Positions 1 to 10,303 are shown, counted from the stretch's first letter. The stretch is 64,000 nt of DNA from Candidatus Poseidoniaceae archaeon (GCA_030747695.1 JASLKG010000005.1:24599-88598); one strand, 5' to 3'. Notes: generated by a model from the letters alone, not told the origin. Translations and numbers: made by a program.

Positions 1-2225
1 TCTTCATGATGCCCAACATGGTCATTAGCATCATATTGAACAGGTTCTACGGCAAACGAAGGAGTTGGTGGTGGAGAAGTAACAGCCCATTCAAGCGACC
101 ATCCGCCCCACGGATCTTTCCCTACTTTCTCACCCTTTCGACTGGAAGCAATTATGTTCCACACAAGGATTAATTGTGAAATTCCAAATATTAGTGCATA
201 TATTGAAATCGCCATATTCAATTCAGCAAATCCAGAATCTGCAGTATATGTATGAGTTCTTCTTGGCATACCCATTATACCTACTGCGTGCATTGGCCAA
301 AATGCAGCATTATAACTCGAGAATGCAATAAGGAAGTGCCATAGCCCTAAGGTTTCATTCAATTTTCGACCTGTTGCTTTTGGATACCAATAATATATGC
401 CAGAAAATAATGCGAAAATGGTTCCTCCAATAAACACATAGTGGAAGTGTGCAACAACGAAATAACCATCATGGAATTGAGTGTCTAAACCTGCTACAGG
501 GAAGAACATTCCAGATAAGCCCCCCAAAGTGAACGTAATTAAGAATCCTATTGACCAAAGCGTATGCGTTTTGAAAACTAGACTACCTCCCCATAAAGTA
601 GCAAGCCAGTTGAAAATCTTAACTCCAGTAGGTATGGCTACGGCCATAGTAGTAATCATGAACAAAACTCGCCAGAATGGATCCATTCCGCTAGTTATCA
701 TGTGGTGCCCCCATACAATGAATCCAACAACCCCTATGCCTACCATGGCATATACCATTGATTTGTATCCAAATATGGATCGTCTTGCACTAGTTGCTAA
801 TACTTCAGAAACTATACCAAATGCAGGAACAATTACTACGTATACTTCAGGATGTCCAAAGAACCAGAATAGATGTTGGAATAATAAGGGATCTCCTCCA
901 CTAGTGAAGAAGGTGGTTCCAATTGTACTATCGAACAATAAGAAGAATACTCCAATAACGAAAGCTGGAAGGCTTACATAAAGCATGAATACGCTTATCA
1001 GAGCAGACCAAGTAAATAATGGCATTTTCATCCATCCAACACCCTTAGCACGCATAGTGAAAGTGGTTGTAACGAAATTCACTCCAGATAGAGTAGATGA
1101 AGCTCCAAGTAAAGCAATACCCGAAATAAATGAGATGGTTCCAGAATTAGGGCCTTGTTCGGTACCTAATCCTGCCAAGCTAGAATATGGGGGGTACATT
1201 ACCCATGTAATATCTGCACCTTCTCCACTCCAAACGCCTGCAAAAATTAGAGGTGCTGCAGCAACAATTAGCCAGAAACCAAGAGCATTAATTCGTGGGA
1301 AAGCAAGGTCTTTAGCACCAATCTGGAGCGGTAATACATAATTCATGAATCCAGCAATCATTGGCATTGCTGCAAGGAAAATCATTGTAGTGCCATGCAA
1401 TGTAAAGAATGAATTGTATTCATCGTATGTAAGGAAATCATTCTCAGGTAGTGCCAATTGTATTCTGAATAAGAGGGCAAGTAGTCCTCCAACAAGGAAG
1501 AAAAAGAACCCGTATAGGAAATAGAGTATGCCAACTTGTTTGTGGTCAGTAGTGGTTAACCATGGTTTTAGATAACTAAAGAAAGTTCCAATTGAAAAGT
1601 TTTGAGGGTCTCTTTTGTAGAAGACCCACATACATCCAACTAAGATCATTCCCAAAGCGAGCCCAATTATAGTCATCAATATTGTAAGCGCTTCTGCTGA
1701 AGGCGCTTGTGGATTCGCCTGTGGGCCTGAAACTTGTAATTCTAACTTGTTCCAATCATCATCATCACTTGGAGAACCATCTCCATTAACTGCGTTACCA
1801 AAAACAACAAAGGTAGCAATTGCAGTTTCATCCGCAGGAGCAGTCCATGTAAAATTCCAAGACCTTTGCTTGTTCAACTCTTCAGTATGAGTCAAATGGC
1901 CATCATAATCTCGAGCACCATCTAGTGATTCTAATACACCAACACTATCTAAGATGCTTATTCTAAATCCACCAGTTGCAATTTCAGAATTACCCGCGAC
2001 ATCATCATTGCTAATTGTTAAAGTAAATTCATATTCTTCAGAAGCATTGAATATTTCTGGCAAACCATCTATTGAAATTGTTGTAGCATCAGTTTGTCCA
2101 CCATGACAACTACAACCGTTATTGGCTTGGTCCCCTATGCCAGTTTCATAAGCATTGAATCCTGGAGCACTTACTAGGGCAAAAATTAGTACAGATAAAA
2201 TTGCTAAAGGACGTATTTGTTTCAA
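1..2225 (-). CDS. coxA: Heme-copper (cytochrome c) oxidase subunit I, A1 type, with ~220-aa N-terminal extension; 3' end runs off the window
   Basis: Absent from the ORF track because it has no stop in the window. Manual translation: TTG at 2225 overlaps the coxB TGA and follows a GGAGGTGA SD. Motifs WLTTTDHK, TLHGTTM, LFWFFGHPEVY, WGHHM, AHFHY. Confidence 0.95.
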   Translation of the reverse strand, partial: MKQIRPLAILSVLIFALVSAPGFNAYETGIGDQANNGCSCHGGQTDATTISIDGLPEIFNASEEYEFTLTISNDDVAGNSEIATGGFRISILDSVGVLESLDGARDYDGHLTHTEELNKQRSWNFTWTAPADETAIATFVVFGNAVNGDGSPSDDDDWNKLELQVSGPQANPQAPSAEALTILMTIIGLALGMILVGCMWVFYKRDPQNFSIGTFFSYLKPWLTTTDHKQVGILYFLYGFFFFLVGGLLALLFRIQLALPENDFLTYDEYNSFFTLHGTTMIFLAAMPMIAGFMNYVLPLQIGAKDLAFPRINALGFWLIVAAAPLIFAGVWSGEGADITWVMYPPYSSLAGLGTEQGPNSGTISFISGIALLGASSTLSGVNFVTTTFTMRAKGVGWMKMPLFTWSALISVFMLYVSLPAFVIGVFFLLFDSTIGTTFFTSGGDPLLFQHLFWFFGHPEVYVVIVPAFGIVSEVLATSARRSIFGYKSMVYAMVGIGVVGFIVWGHHMITSGMDPFWRVLFMITTMAVAIPTGVKIFNWLATLWGGSLVFKTHTLWSIGFLITFTLGGLSGMFFPVAGLDTQFHDGYFVVAHFHYVFIGGTIFALFSGIYYWYPKATGRKLNETLGLWHFLIAFSSYNAAFWPMHAVGIMGMPRRTHTYTADSGFAELNMAISIYALIFGISQLILVWNIIASSRKGEKVGKDPWGGWSLEWAVTSPPPTPSFAVEPVQYDANDHVGHHE

Positions 2226-3238
2226 TTGCTCACCTCCTTATTGTCAAAGTAAATTCCAAAATCAGCGTCACAGGTTCCCATCTCTTCGGTAGCAACAACT
2301 TCAACAACACCGCTCATAATGGAATGTTGTTCTCCACAATATTCTGCGCATCTAATCGGAAACGTCCCTGCATCATTGGGCTGTACAAACATCCAAGTCC
2401 CACCAACAATTTCATCGTCAAAGGTGCCATATTCTCCATCAGGCCCCGGCTCGGTGCTATGCAGGCCGGGAACAGCATCTTCTTTCATTCCCCATTCTTG
2501 GAGCCAGAAAGCATGTTGCACGCCTTGGTAAACACTATTTTTATCGCCATATTTGTCACTAAAAATATTCAAAGTAACGTTGTGATCACATGGAATAATA
2601 AAATCAGTATTCATCACATGTCCGACAGGTATATGTTGCCATCTATGTATTACATTTTCATCTGCATCAAGAATGTCAACAGATTGGAAAACAGCATCAT
2701 CAAAAGGAGTACTGATTGTATTATTTATCAAATCAAGATTGGTAGTGCCTGACATATCGATTGCAACAGCGGAAGCCGCATTTTCACCATAAGTTATCAT
2801 CAACCCTGAGTCATTCCAACTAACATCATGTGTAGTACTAACATCTTCCCACGTTAAAGCATCACGATATGTATATTGCCATGCCCATTGGATTCCATTA
2901 ACTTCAACTTCAAATGTATCTTCAGCATCAGCATCTGGGAAATTATACCATACCAGGTTCATTGAACCTAAAGCTAGCCATGTAACCCAGATAATGAGTA
3001 TTGTTGGGACAAGGAACCACGCGAATTCAAGAGTAAAGTCATGACGTTCAACAGGAAAAGTTCCAACCTTTATTTCTTCTTTTCCAGCAGGCTCTAATCC
3101 ATCTCTGTATCTTAATATGGCGATAAGTAACCAAATAAAAGCAAACAAACCAACAATAATTGACCAAAATAAAAATTTGTCATATAGAATATTGAACACG
3201 GTGTATTCATCTGGCCACAGCTCTCGCGTATCGCCCAT
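2222..3238 (-). CDS. coxB: Cytochrome c oxidase subunit II (CuA)
   Basis: Two N-terminal TM helices, G.QWAW motif, CuA ligands H(AFW)...CAEYCGEQHSIM; coupled to coxA. Confidence 0.95.
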   Translation of the reverse strand: MGDTRELWPDEYTVFNILYDKFLFWSIIVGLFAFIWLLIAILRYRDGLEPAGKEEIKVGTFPVERHDFTLEFAWFLVPTILIIWVTWLALGSMNLVWYNFPDADAEDTFEVEVNGIQWAWQYTYRDALTWEDVSTTHDVSWNDSGLMITYGENAASAVAIDMSGTTNLDLINNTISTPFDDAVFQSVDILDADENVIHRWQHIPVGHVMNTDFIIPCDHNVTLNIFSDKYGDKNSVYQGVQHAFWLQEWGMKEDAVPGLHSTEPGPDGEYGTFDDEIVGGTWMFVQPNDAGTFPIRCAEYCGEQHSIMSGVVEVVATEEMGTCDADFGIYFDNKEVSN

Positions 3239-3338
3239 GCCCCGACCCGTTAGACGACCGTATTAAGCGATTCCGCATCTTAGGAACTTCTCCCTACGGG
3301 AGCATGCTTCTTGGACCGGTTAATAGTGGGGTGTAAAT

Positions 3339-3650
3339 ATGGGGGTTGCAGGTTGCATTCAGAAAACTTTAGATGGTACAGTTTTGATTGAAATTGAAGT
3401 GCAACCTGGAGCAAGTCGCCAAGGCATAATTGGGTATAATGAATGGAGAGGTAGATTACAAGTTGCAGTTATGGCAGAAGCGCAGAAAGGCAAGGCTAAT
3501 CACGCTGTTTGTAATGTACTTTCAACTCAACTTGGAGGGGAAATTAGTGTTGTATCCGGCCACACTTCAAGAATGAAAAAGATTAGTATAAGACAAGTGG
3601 ATATAGAAAAAATAATTTCTAAATTGGAGGAATTTGTTGAATCGAATTGA
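3339..3650 (+). CDS. DUF167/YggU (UPF0235) family protein
   Basis: VQPGASR...GKAN...VVSGHTSRMK pattern typical of the family. Confidence 0.85.
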   Translation: MGVAGCIQKTLDGTVLIEIEVQPGASRQGIIGYNEWRGRLQVAVMAEAQKGKANHAVCNVLSTQLGGEISVVSGHTSRMKKISIRQVDIEKIISKLEEFVESN

Positions 3651-4074
3651 AAGATTTGAAACTGCAGGCAGAGCATTAGCAGAATGCAGAGCCTTCAACA
3701 GAGAGGAGCGGGTCATAATTGTTGAAGGATTACGTGATAAGGAAGCACTAATACAACTGGGATTTACCGGAGATGTCGAGAAAGTAAACCGCGGATGGAC
3801 ACTTGAGAAATTCATAGCCTATATTTTTGAAAATTACAATTCAGAACCAATAATATTGATGGATTGGGATAGAACTGGCGGTAGACTACAAAAAAAATTG
3901 ATGGATTCCCTTTCTAGTTTAGATTTAAAACCATCCGATCAATGTAGAAAAATACTCTCCAAATCATTGCGGCCAGAGACTTTATGCGTAGAAGACATCA
4001 ACACTTTTGCAGATGAATTATTACCAATAATCAATTTTCATGATCCTCAGGAAGACGAACTCCCATTTCTTTGA
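3634..4074 (+). CDS. Stand-alone TOPRIM domain protein (small primase / RNase M5-like)
   Basis: IIVEG.RD and LMDWDRTG TOPRIM motifs. Confidence 0.85.
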   Translation: MLNRIERFETAGRALAECRAFNREERVIIVEGLRDKEALIQLGFTGDVEKVNRGWTLEKFIAYIFENYNSEPIILMDWDRTGGRLQKKLMDSLSSLDLKPSDQCRKILSKSLRPETLCVEDINTFADELLPIINFHDPQEDELPFL

Positions 4075-4492
4075 CAGTATTCAAAACTACATGTGTGAAA
4101 GACCGGGTAATTCCGTCTAGAGTAAATACCGTTTTTGTTAAGTCATCGAGGTCCTTTCGATCTTTGACTCTTGCCAGAACCATTGAATCCCAATCTCCTG
4201 TTATGTCATATACACTAAACACACGAGGATCTGCAGAAATTTGTTTTTGAACATCAATCACCAACCCTTTCTTTATGCATAATCCTGCCATAACAGTCAT
4301 GCCCCATCCAATAGCCTCTGCATCAAGCAACGGGGCATAACCTTTGATCACTCCTTCAGATTCTAATCTTCGTAATCTGTTAGTTATGGTTCCTTGTGCA
4401 ACCCCTACAATTTGTGCCAATTGTCTTTGCGAAAGGCGCGCATCACCACATAACGCATTTACAATTGCACGGTCAGTAGAATCTAGACCCAT
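4031..4492 (-). CDS. Lrp/AsnC family transcriptional regulator
   Basis: LDSTDRAI..L..DARLSQRQLA HTH; ITGDWD effector-domain motif. Confidence 0.93.
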   Translation of the reverse strand: MGLDSTDRAIVNALCGDARLSQRQLAQIVGVAQGTITNRLRRLESEGVIKGYAPLLDAEAIGWGMTVMAGLCIKKGLVIDVQKQISADPRVFSVYDITGDWDSMVLARVKDRKDLDDLTKTVFTLDGITRSFTHVVLNTVKEMGVRLPEDHEN

Positions 4493-4518
4493 GTATTGTG
4501 CTCAGAGAGAGTTGGTAT

Positions 4519-5646
4519 TCAATCATTCGATGAAAACTCAGGGAGATTCAAATCTAAGATCCAATCTCCAAGGTCATCAACCTTAACCGATAAACGTAAT
4601 TTTAACTCGCCAGAACCAGTTACTTTTATGACGCCAGATTTGGTATGATTAGAAGAAACACGTTCACGTTTTAATCCGCTATTACTTTTCCAACCCTCGT
4701 TCAAATTTAAATCTCCAATTTCTAGTGCTTTACCAGTAATTATGCGATATTCAATATTACCATCTTTACTCCAATTGCCTTCCAAACGAGGCAAACCCTT
4801 TTCGCGAGTATATTCCGCATTAACTACGAAACCAATAATCACAATCAACCCACAAAGAAGTAATGCGGGAGTTAAAGAATCTGAAGCATCGGAGGATTGC
4901 CAGCTAGTAGGAAAGTAACCTCGCTGCAAAGAAAGTGTCCTTACTCCATCCTCTCCTTCAAAAGCTCCAATCATTACAATAAATAATTCAAAATCATCTG
5001 CATGGCTTGCATCACCAAGATCAATTCCAGCTCCAGTTAAATGTTCACGAGTGATTGTGCTATTCCAATTATTTGTACTATTATTTGAGAATAGGAATGA
5101 TGAAGACGGTGCCCAATCACGTAAGAGATTTGGAGCAGTTCTTCCAACCGAATCTACAGCATTTCGTTCAACAATGAAAATATGTATTTGAGTCAACATT
5201 TGTAAATTTGCAGGATTTGTCCACGTGGCAGTTATGTTTAGTAATTCAACTTCAGAAGAACCAATTAATTGAATATTCCAATCGATTGCAATATCATTCT
5301 CAATTTCTCTTGGAGTAATAGTTTCCACTATATTATTGTCAATTACATTAGTAGGATATTCTTCAACCGAATGGAACATTGCTCGGGAATTAGCATCGCT
5401 GCTCGGCCAATTACTGTTTTCATCAGGATTAGTCCACCAATTTACAAGACTAATTTTTCCGGTACGATCAAGATATTGTAAATTTTCTAAATGCTCACTA
5501 TCTCCATTTCCATGAAAATGCTCTACAAGTACAGGTGCAGAATCACTTGATTTATGACTAGCTTCGGCATATATCGACAAATCACCAATTGCACTAGATG
5601 AAGGTATCATCACCAATAGGAAAAAAGCTGCAGCAAGCCATTTCAT
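4519..5646 (-). CDS. Hypothetical exported/membrane protein
   Basis: N-terminal signal peptide, internal TM helix near residue 260-277, coupled to the upstream methyltransferase. Confidence 0.7.
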   Translation of the reverse strand: MKWLAAAFFLLVMIPSSSAIGDLSIYAEASHKSSDSAPVLVEHFHGNGDSEHLENLQYLDRTGKISLVNWWTNPDENSNWPSSDANSRAMFHSVEEYPTNVIDNNIVETITPREIENDIAIDWNIQLIGSSEVELLNITATWTNPANLQMLTQIHIFIVERNAVDSVGRTAPNLLRDWAPSSSFLFSNNSTNNWNSTITREHLTGAGIDLGDASHADDFELFIVMIGAFEGEDGVRTLSLQRGYFPTSWQSSDASDSLTPALLLCGLIVIIGFVVNAEYTREKGLPRLEGNWSKDGNIEYRIITGKALEIGDLNLNEGWKSNSGLKRERVSSNHTKSGVIKVTGSGELKLRLSVKVDDLGDWILDLNLPEFSSND

Positions 5647-7337
5647 ACCTCATCTACCTCATTATCAATTCCAAGCTTAATCTTAATTATTTCACACTCA
5701 TTATCATCTAGCATTAAGGAAACACGTGCAGCAATCCAGATTGGGACCAAGTGTTCTTCACATCTCAGTATAGCCGACCCTTCAGGTAACTCATAATCAA
5801 ATTCTTCTACTAACGGAACATTCCCATTAAGTAGTTCAATTAATACAGATAATGAAACATCAATAATTCTCTTTGTAATATGCGTCCTTAGTAATTCTAA
5901 GGATTTTTGTCGAGGCCTCCACATATTTTTGTTATCAGTAAATGAAGGTTGACCAACATGAATCATTTTTAGAGGATGAAAAGTATTCGATGGCCAATAA
6001 TCTCCTTTATTGTTGATAACTATTGGCTGGTATATTTTTTCTAATACCGCAGTTGAGCACAGATTGATTCTTTTCCCCCTTTTCCACCATGAAAAATTAC
6101 TACTATCAATCCCCCACTCATTGCATATATTGGAAACGATTTGATCATCTGCCAGTACAGTAGTATGACGATTTGGCTTTTGCCTTGCTAGTTCTACAGA
6201 CTCTCTTTCTAGTGGCCTTTTGAGAATCATTGAACGCGAAACGCCTTCAGGGGTACGCTCTTTGACATGTTCAAATAATGCAACAAAAAATCCACCAGTA
6301 TCGTTATCTTGTTGATGGACCCTAATGGTATAATCTAATTTTGGAATAGGTTCGTTTTTTTGTGTTGGATTCAACATTTCTTCTGAGAGCCCTGGTAAGT
6401 TTGGCATTTCTCCATTCCATTCAACAGGGTTACCAGTTTCATCTAATATTTGCCAATTTGAAATCCCGTGATGAATTTTCATTCCGGGAAGCAATTTTTC
6501 AGAATCAATTTTAACTAATTCTAGCCAAGGACACTTCCTAAGTATTTCACAAACAACAGCCTCGTTTTCTGTAGGGTCAAGTGAGCATGTTGAGTAAACT
6601 AATTTGCCACCCGGCTTAAGGAGTTGGGCTGCACGAAATGCAATCCCAATTTGTAATTTGAACAAACTTCTACCCGCTTTAGGAGTCCATTTCCACCAAA
6701 GATCTCTATTTTTTCTTGTAGTGGCAGAACCAGTACATGGAGCATCAACAATGATACCATCAAGTCCAGGCTCGGGCATTCTTCCAACATGTCGTCCATC
6801 ATGTTGCATTATTAGCATATTTGAGAGCCCTAATCTATCGCGATTAGTTACAAGTAGATTCAATCGTCCTGCTGAAGGTTCATTAGCCAATAACAACCCG
6901 TTCTCAATCATTTCAGCTAATTGCGTTGCCTTTGAACCAGGAGCGGCACAAGTATCCATTACAAGATCATCAGATTTTGGTTCTAGTATTACAGGAGGTA
7001 ACATTGAAACAGCCTCTTGTCTAGTTACACGTCCAGTTTCATGTAACAACATCACCATCTTACGAAATTTTTCATTTGGCCAACTTTCTTTCGAAAAAGG
7101 CAACACCCATGCCTCTTGTGTGGTTAGCCAAGCAATTCTCTCCCCACCCATTATGGACAATTGTTCTCGTGTCCATTCAACGTCATGTCGTTTCGAAGTG
7201 ATTCTCATTGTAATAGGTAAAGGTGAAGTTGCACTAGTTATCCAAGAATCAATATCTATGTCTAAACTTCTTGCTAAACCAGCTAGAGGCTTACTTGCTA
7301 ATTCAGATAACAAATTTTCATTGGCCGGCCGCACCAT
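5643..7337 (-). CDS. RsmB/NOP2/NSUN family RNA m5C methyltransferase (Trm4/NSUN2-like)
   Basis: QEAVSMLPP, DTCAAPGSK, DAPCTGS and YSTCS (both catalytic Cys), DTGGFFVA. Confidence 0.92.
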   Translation of the reverse strand: MVRPANENLLSELASKPLAGLARSLDIDIDSWITSATSPLPITMRITSKRHDVEWTREQLSIMGGERIAWLTTQEAWVLPFSKESWPNEKFRKMVMLLHETGRVTRQEAVSMLPPVILEPKSDDLVMDTCAAPGSKATQLAEMIENGLLLANEPSAGRLNLLVTNRDRLGLSNMLIMQHDGRHVGRMPEPGLDGIIVDAPCTGSATTRKNRDLWWKWTPKAGRSLFKLQIGIAFRAAQLLKPGGKLVYSTCSLDPTENEAVVCEILRKCPWLELVKIDSEKLLPGMKIHHGISNWQILDETGNPVEWNGEMPNLPGLSEEMLNPTQKNEPIPKLDYTIRVHQQDNDTGGFFVALFEHVKERTPEGVSRSMILKRPLERESVELARQKPNRHTTVLADDQIVSNICNEWGIDSSNFSWWKRGKRINLCSTAVLEKIYQPIVINNKGDYWPSNTFHPLKMIHVGQPSFTDNKNMWRPRQKSLELLRTHITKRIIDVSLSVLIELLNGNVPLVEEFDYELPEGSAILRCEEHLVPIWIAARVSLMLDDNECEIIKIKLGIDNEVDEV

Positions 7338-8330
7338 GTGGTTGCGCTGAAGGACCCCATTCTTTGGACTTGGGGTGTGCCAATCCTCATTGATGTTAAG
7401 TGTGCAGGGGTAATTATGGCGGAGGCAATTATTACCACCGCATTTCTCATTTCGTTGGGAATGATTCTTTCTTTGCTTTTTACTAATGGTAGGTTATTGC
7501 CTGGCATTGTAGCCTTATTATTACTGATAAAAATCTTAACTTCGCCACTAGATTCAATACATCAAGAAGCAGGTGTTTCAATTTACTTATGTTTTGCAAT
7601 CACATGTGGAGGGGCATTGAGAAATCATTCAAACCCCGAATCTTGGAAAAAAGTGAATGGTTGGAGTGGACTAATAACTTCACTAATTCTGATTGTCCAT
7701 TATCCGAAAGAAGGCATAGTTGAGATGGTACAGGTATATTCTATACAGCAATCAATATTACAAATCGCCTCAAATTTATTGGTTGGTGTTGTATTAATTC
7801 TAACTTTGACAGGCTACGGCTCAGAAAAGGAGTGGGCTCCTTCTCTTGCCTCAATCTTAATGATACCTATAACATTTGAATCCCCTATTCTTTATTCAGC
7901 ATTATTGCTGCCTACATTATGGTTATTTGAGGGAAAAATTGATTCAAAATTAGGTGTTGGGGATCGTAGATCAATAGCTATGGGACTTACAATATTAATT
8001 GGCATATCAATTATGTTTTTGCTGACTAAAGTACTAGTTTCAACAGTTCCGAGAATTGGCGACGGATATGGTGCTGATGCAGTATCTTTGTGGTTAACAT
8101 TGGGTATTTCCGTGACAGGTTTGATTGGAATGATGCTTCCACAATTTGGTTTCGATTGGATGGCTAGGCCAGAATCATGGGGTTGGAGGAATGGTTTAGC
8201 AATAGGTCCAATGTTGCTAACTTTGCAAACAGATTTGGCGATAGTAGCAATGCCGGGAGTTTGGCTAGCAATTTTAGTTAGTATTACTGGCCCTTTGGTA
8301 CTAGAAAAGAAACCAGCAAAACGGGTTTGA
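7338..8330 (+). CDS. Hypothetical polytopic membrane protein (start uncertain)
   Basis: Long ORF with about 10 hydrophobic segments, divergent from the methyltransferase. Confidence 0.7.
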   Translation: MVALKDPILWTWGVPILIDVKCAGVIMAEAIITTAFLISLGMILSLLFTNGRLLPGIVALLLLIKILTSPLDSIHQEAGVSIYLCFAITCGGALRNHSNPESWKKVNGWSGLITSLILIVHYPKEGIVEMVQVYSIQQSILQIASNLLVGVVLILTLTGYGSEKEWAPSLASILMIPITFESPILYSALLLPTLWLFEGKIDSKLGVGDRRSIAMGLTILIGISIMFLLTKVLVSTVPRIGDGYGADAVSLWLTLGISVTGLIGMMLPQFGFDWMARPESWGWRNGLAIGPMLLTLQTDLAIVAMPGVWLAILVSITGPLVLEKKPAKRV

Positions 8331-8414
8331 GAGATTGGCATCCCCCCCAACTCTTATCAATGGTTCAAAGGCGATAGGCTTCTGAAGATAGTATCTTCAA
8401 AGGATGGGGTCCTG

Positions 8415-8780
8415 ATGGGAAGAGCATTTACAGATGGCGTTAGCAGTAATAAAAAAATCAATATGGCACAGCGAAGAAGAAGTTGGAAGCCATTAGCTGA
8501 TTTGCAAGGTTTGACTGGAAGGACACAAGCAATTGCAGAAGATATGGGGCCATTAGTGGACGTACCTGCAATGGTGAGGATTGAAAACGAGAAGTGGATT
8601 TTTGAAAGAATCTCACAAGAAGTATTGATGCACTTGACACACCGATTGGTAATCCATGAGGTAGAAGGTCCAAGAACACTTGGCGCAACATTAGATTTAG
8701 AGACTGCAATGCAAGTCGCTCAAGGAATGGCGACAAGTGAGGGCTCTGTAGTATTGATAGAACCACTAAGTAGCAATTGA
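8415..8780 (+). CDS. Hypothetical protein
   Basis: 121-aa ORF filling the gap between genes, protein-like composition. Confidence 0.65.
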   Translation: MGRAFTDGVSSNKKINMAQRRRSWKPLADLQGLTGRTQAIAEDMGPLVDVPAMVRIENEKWIFERISQEVLMHLTHRLVIHEVEGPRTLGATLDLETAMQVAQGMATSEGSVVLIEPLSSN

Positions 8781-8963
8781 TCAGAATAATCCTCTAATCC
8801 AAGCAATAACGCCTTCATTTACTAAATAGATGAAGATAGATAATGAAATACAGGCAAAATAAATTTGTCCTGGAGTAATTTTCCAAGCATCTTCTGACTC
8901 TTCATCGAAATAACGAATAAGACCAGCAGCCTGTTGGATTCCCCCACCATCTTTCTTTGCCAT
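8781..8963 (-). CDS. secG: Preprotein translocase subunit Sec61beta
   Basis: AAGLIRYFDEE motif followed by one TM helix. Confidence 0.9.
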   Translation of the reverse strand: MAKKDGGGIQQAAGLIRYFDEESEDAWKITPGQIYFACISLSIFIYLVNEGVIAWIRGLF

Positions 8964-9005
8964 CGAATGTGGCGAAACACCTTTCCTTTATGAACGCGAC
9001 GCGCG

Positions 9006-9728
9006 CTATTCTTCCTCGTTGGTTAAGTCAATAATCGGAATTTCATCACTTCCGGTAGGCATTATTTGCCCATCAGGTATGACATCTTCAACCTCAATTT
9101 CAATAGATTCAGCCTCCATTCTTGAAAGCGCTCTAATTACTGCAGGAGCATTGTCATCAGCCAAAGCATTCCGGGCCATTTCAATTTCATTAGAATCTCC
9201 TAATTCGATTTTTGTATGTTCTATTAATTCTGTCAAATCGGTTCTTGCACGTTCAATATGGTATTTCCACAGCAATTCATTTTCTTTAGTACTGAATATT
9301 TTCTTTGAAAATTTGTATGCTCGTGAAAATTCCCATGGTTTGTGATTTGAAGCAGAAACAAGATCAAAGATAACTCTTGCACGTTCTTCTAGGGGGCCAT
9401 TGATGTGGATAATGTTCGCATAGCATTTTGTAAACAACCCAAAACCCCAATAAGAAAAACTTGAGATCTTAACGTCTAAACTTCCGGAGGTTGTACTCAA
9501 TTCCCATTTTTGTTCATCAAAACCAGGGCGTTGAGACATAATTGGTGTCGAAGCACCTTCTAGGGATCTAAGTAAGGTTGTAGCGATATCTCCAAGCCAT
9601 ACAGTAGCAATATTTGCTTGATGAGCCTTAGGTCTTAGAAAACCCTCCTCATCGTGCCCATGGTTAGGACCTGCTTGAGATACTTGAGCGTAAAGGATGG
9701 TTTCCACAGGATCCAAACTATCCTCCAT
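9006..9728 (-). CDS. Hypothetical protein ending in -EEE
   Basis: 240-aa ORF with an upstream TATA-like element and GC-rich spacer. Confidence 0.7.
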   Translation of the reverse strand: MEDSLDPVETILYAQVSQAGPNHGHDEEGFLRPKAHQANIATVWLGDIATTLLRSLEGASTPIMSQRPGFDEQKWELSTTSGSLDVKISSFSYWGFGLFTKCYANIIHINGPLEERARVIFDLVSASNHKPWEFSRAYKFSKKIFSTKENELLWKYHIERARTDLTELIEHTKIELGDSNEIEMARNALADDNAPAVIRALSRMEAESIEIEVEDVIPDGQIMPTGSDEIPIIDLTNEEE

Positions 9729-9820
9729 GATGCTCTGATGAGAGCCCCCGCCTTCAATGATGCCCTTCTTTGAGAGATGGGTTAATGATGGGGGGCCATC
9801 TTCGCTCTATTGGTGAAGAG

Positions 9821-10303
9821 ATGGCAGCCAAGCCAAAAAAAGACCCACTCGCTAGTTTGATGGCATTGCCTGGCATAGGTAAAGCAACAGCAAAGAAATT
9901 ACATGACTCCGGAATAAAAAGTGCCGCAGCAATTGGAAAAGCCGGTGTAAAGGGTCTGAATAATGCTGGAATTAGTCCAGCAACAGCAAAGAAAATATTA
10001 GCAGCAGTTCCAAAGAAAAAAGCAGCATCAAAAGCCGCAGCAAAAAAGGTTGCATCAAAGGCTAAATCAACTGTAAAAAAGGCAGCAAAGAAAACCAAAT
10101 CCAAAGCTAAGAAAACTACAGCAGCGGCAAAAAAAGCAGCATCAAAAGCAACAGCGGCAGGGAAAAAGGTTGCAGAAAAAGTGATTACTGAAGCTGATGG
10201 TAGTAAAAGAGTAAAGAGTTCAAAATCCAAAGATGGAAGAAAAGGTAGTACTTTGAAAGTCCCTCGTAGTGTCAAAGATATGCCTTGGTTCCGTAAGAAA
10301 TGA
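9821..10303 (+). CDS. Helix-hairpin-helix protein with histone H1-like Lys/Ala-rich tail
   Basis: LMALPGIGKATAKKL HhH motif, second HhH-like GISPATAKKI, KKAA/KAK repeats; GGTGA SD before ATG 9821. Confidence 0.85.
   Translation: MAAKPKKDPLASLMALPGIGKATAKKLHDSGIKSAAAIGKAGVKGLNNAGISPATAKKILAAVPKKKAASKAAAKKVASKAKSTVKKAAKKTKSKAKKTTAAAKKAASKATAAGKKVAEKVITEADGSKRVKSSKSKDGRKGSTLKVPRSVKDMPWFRKK

Noticed and set aside
481-2752. Plus-strand ORFs 481-981, 985-1341, 2201-2752
   Set aside because: Antisense shadows of coxA/coxB, which carry clear motifs.
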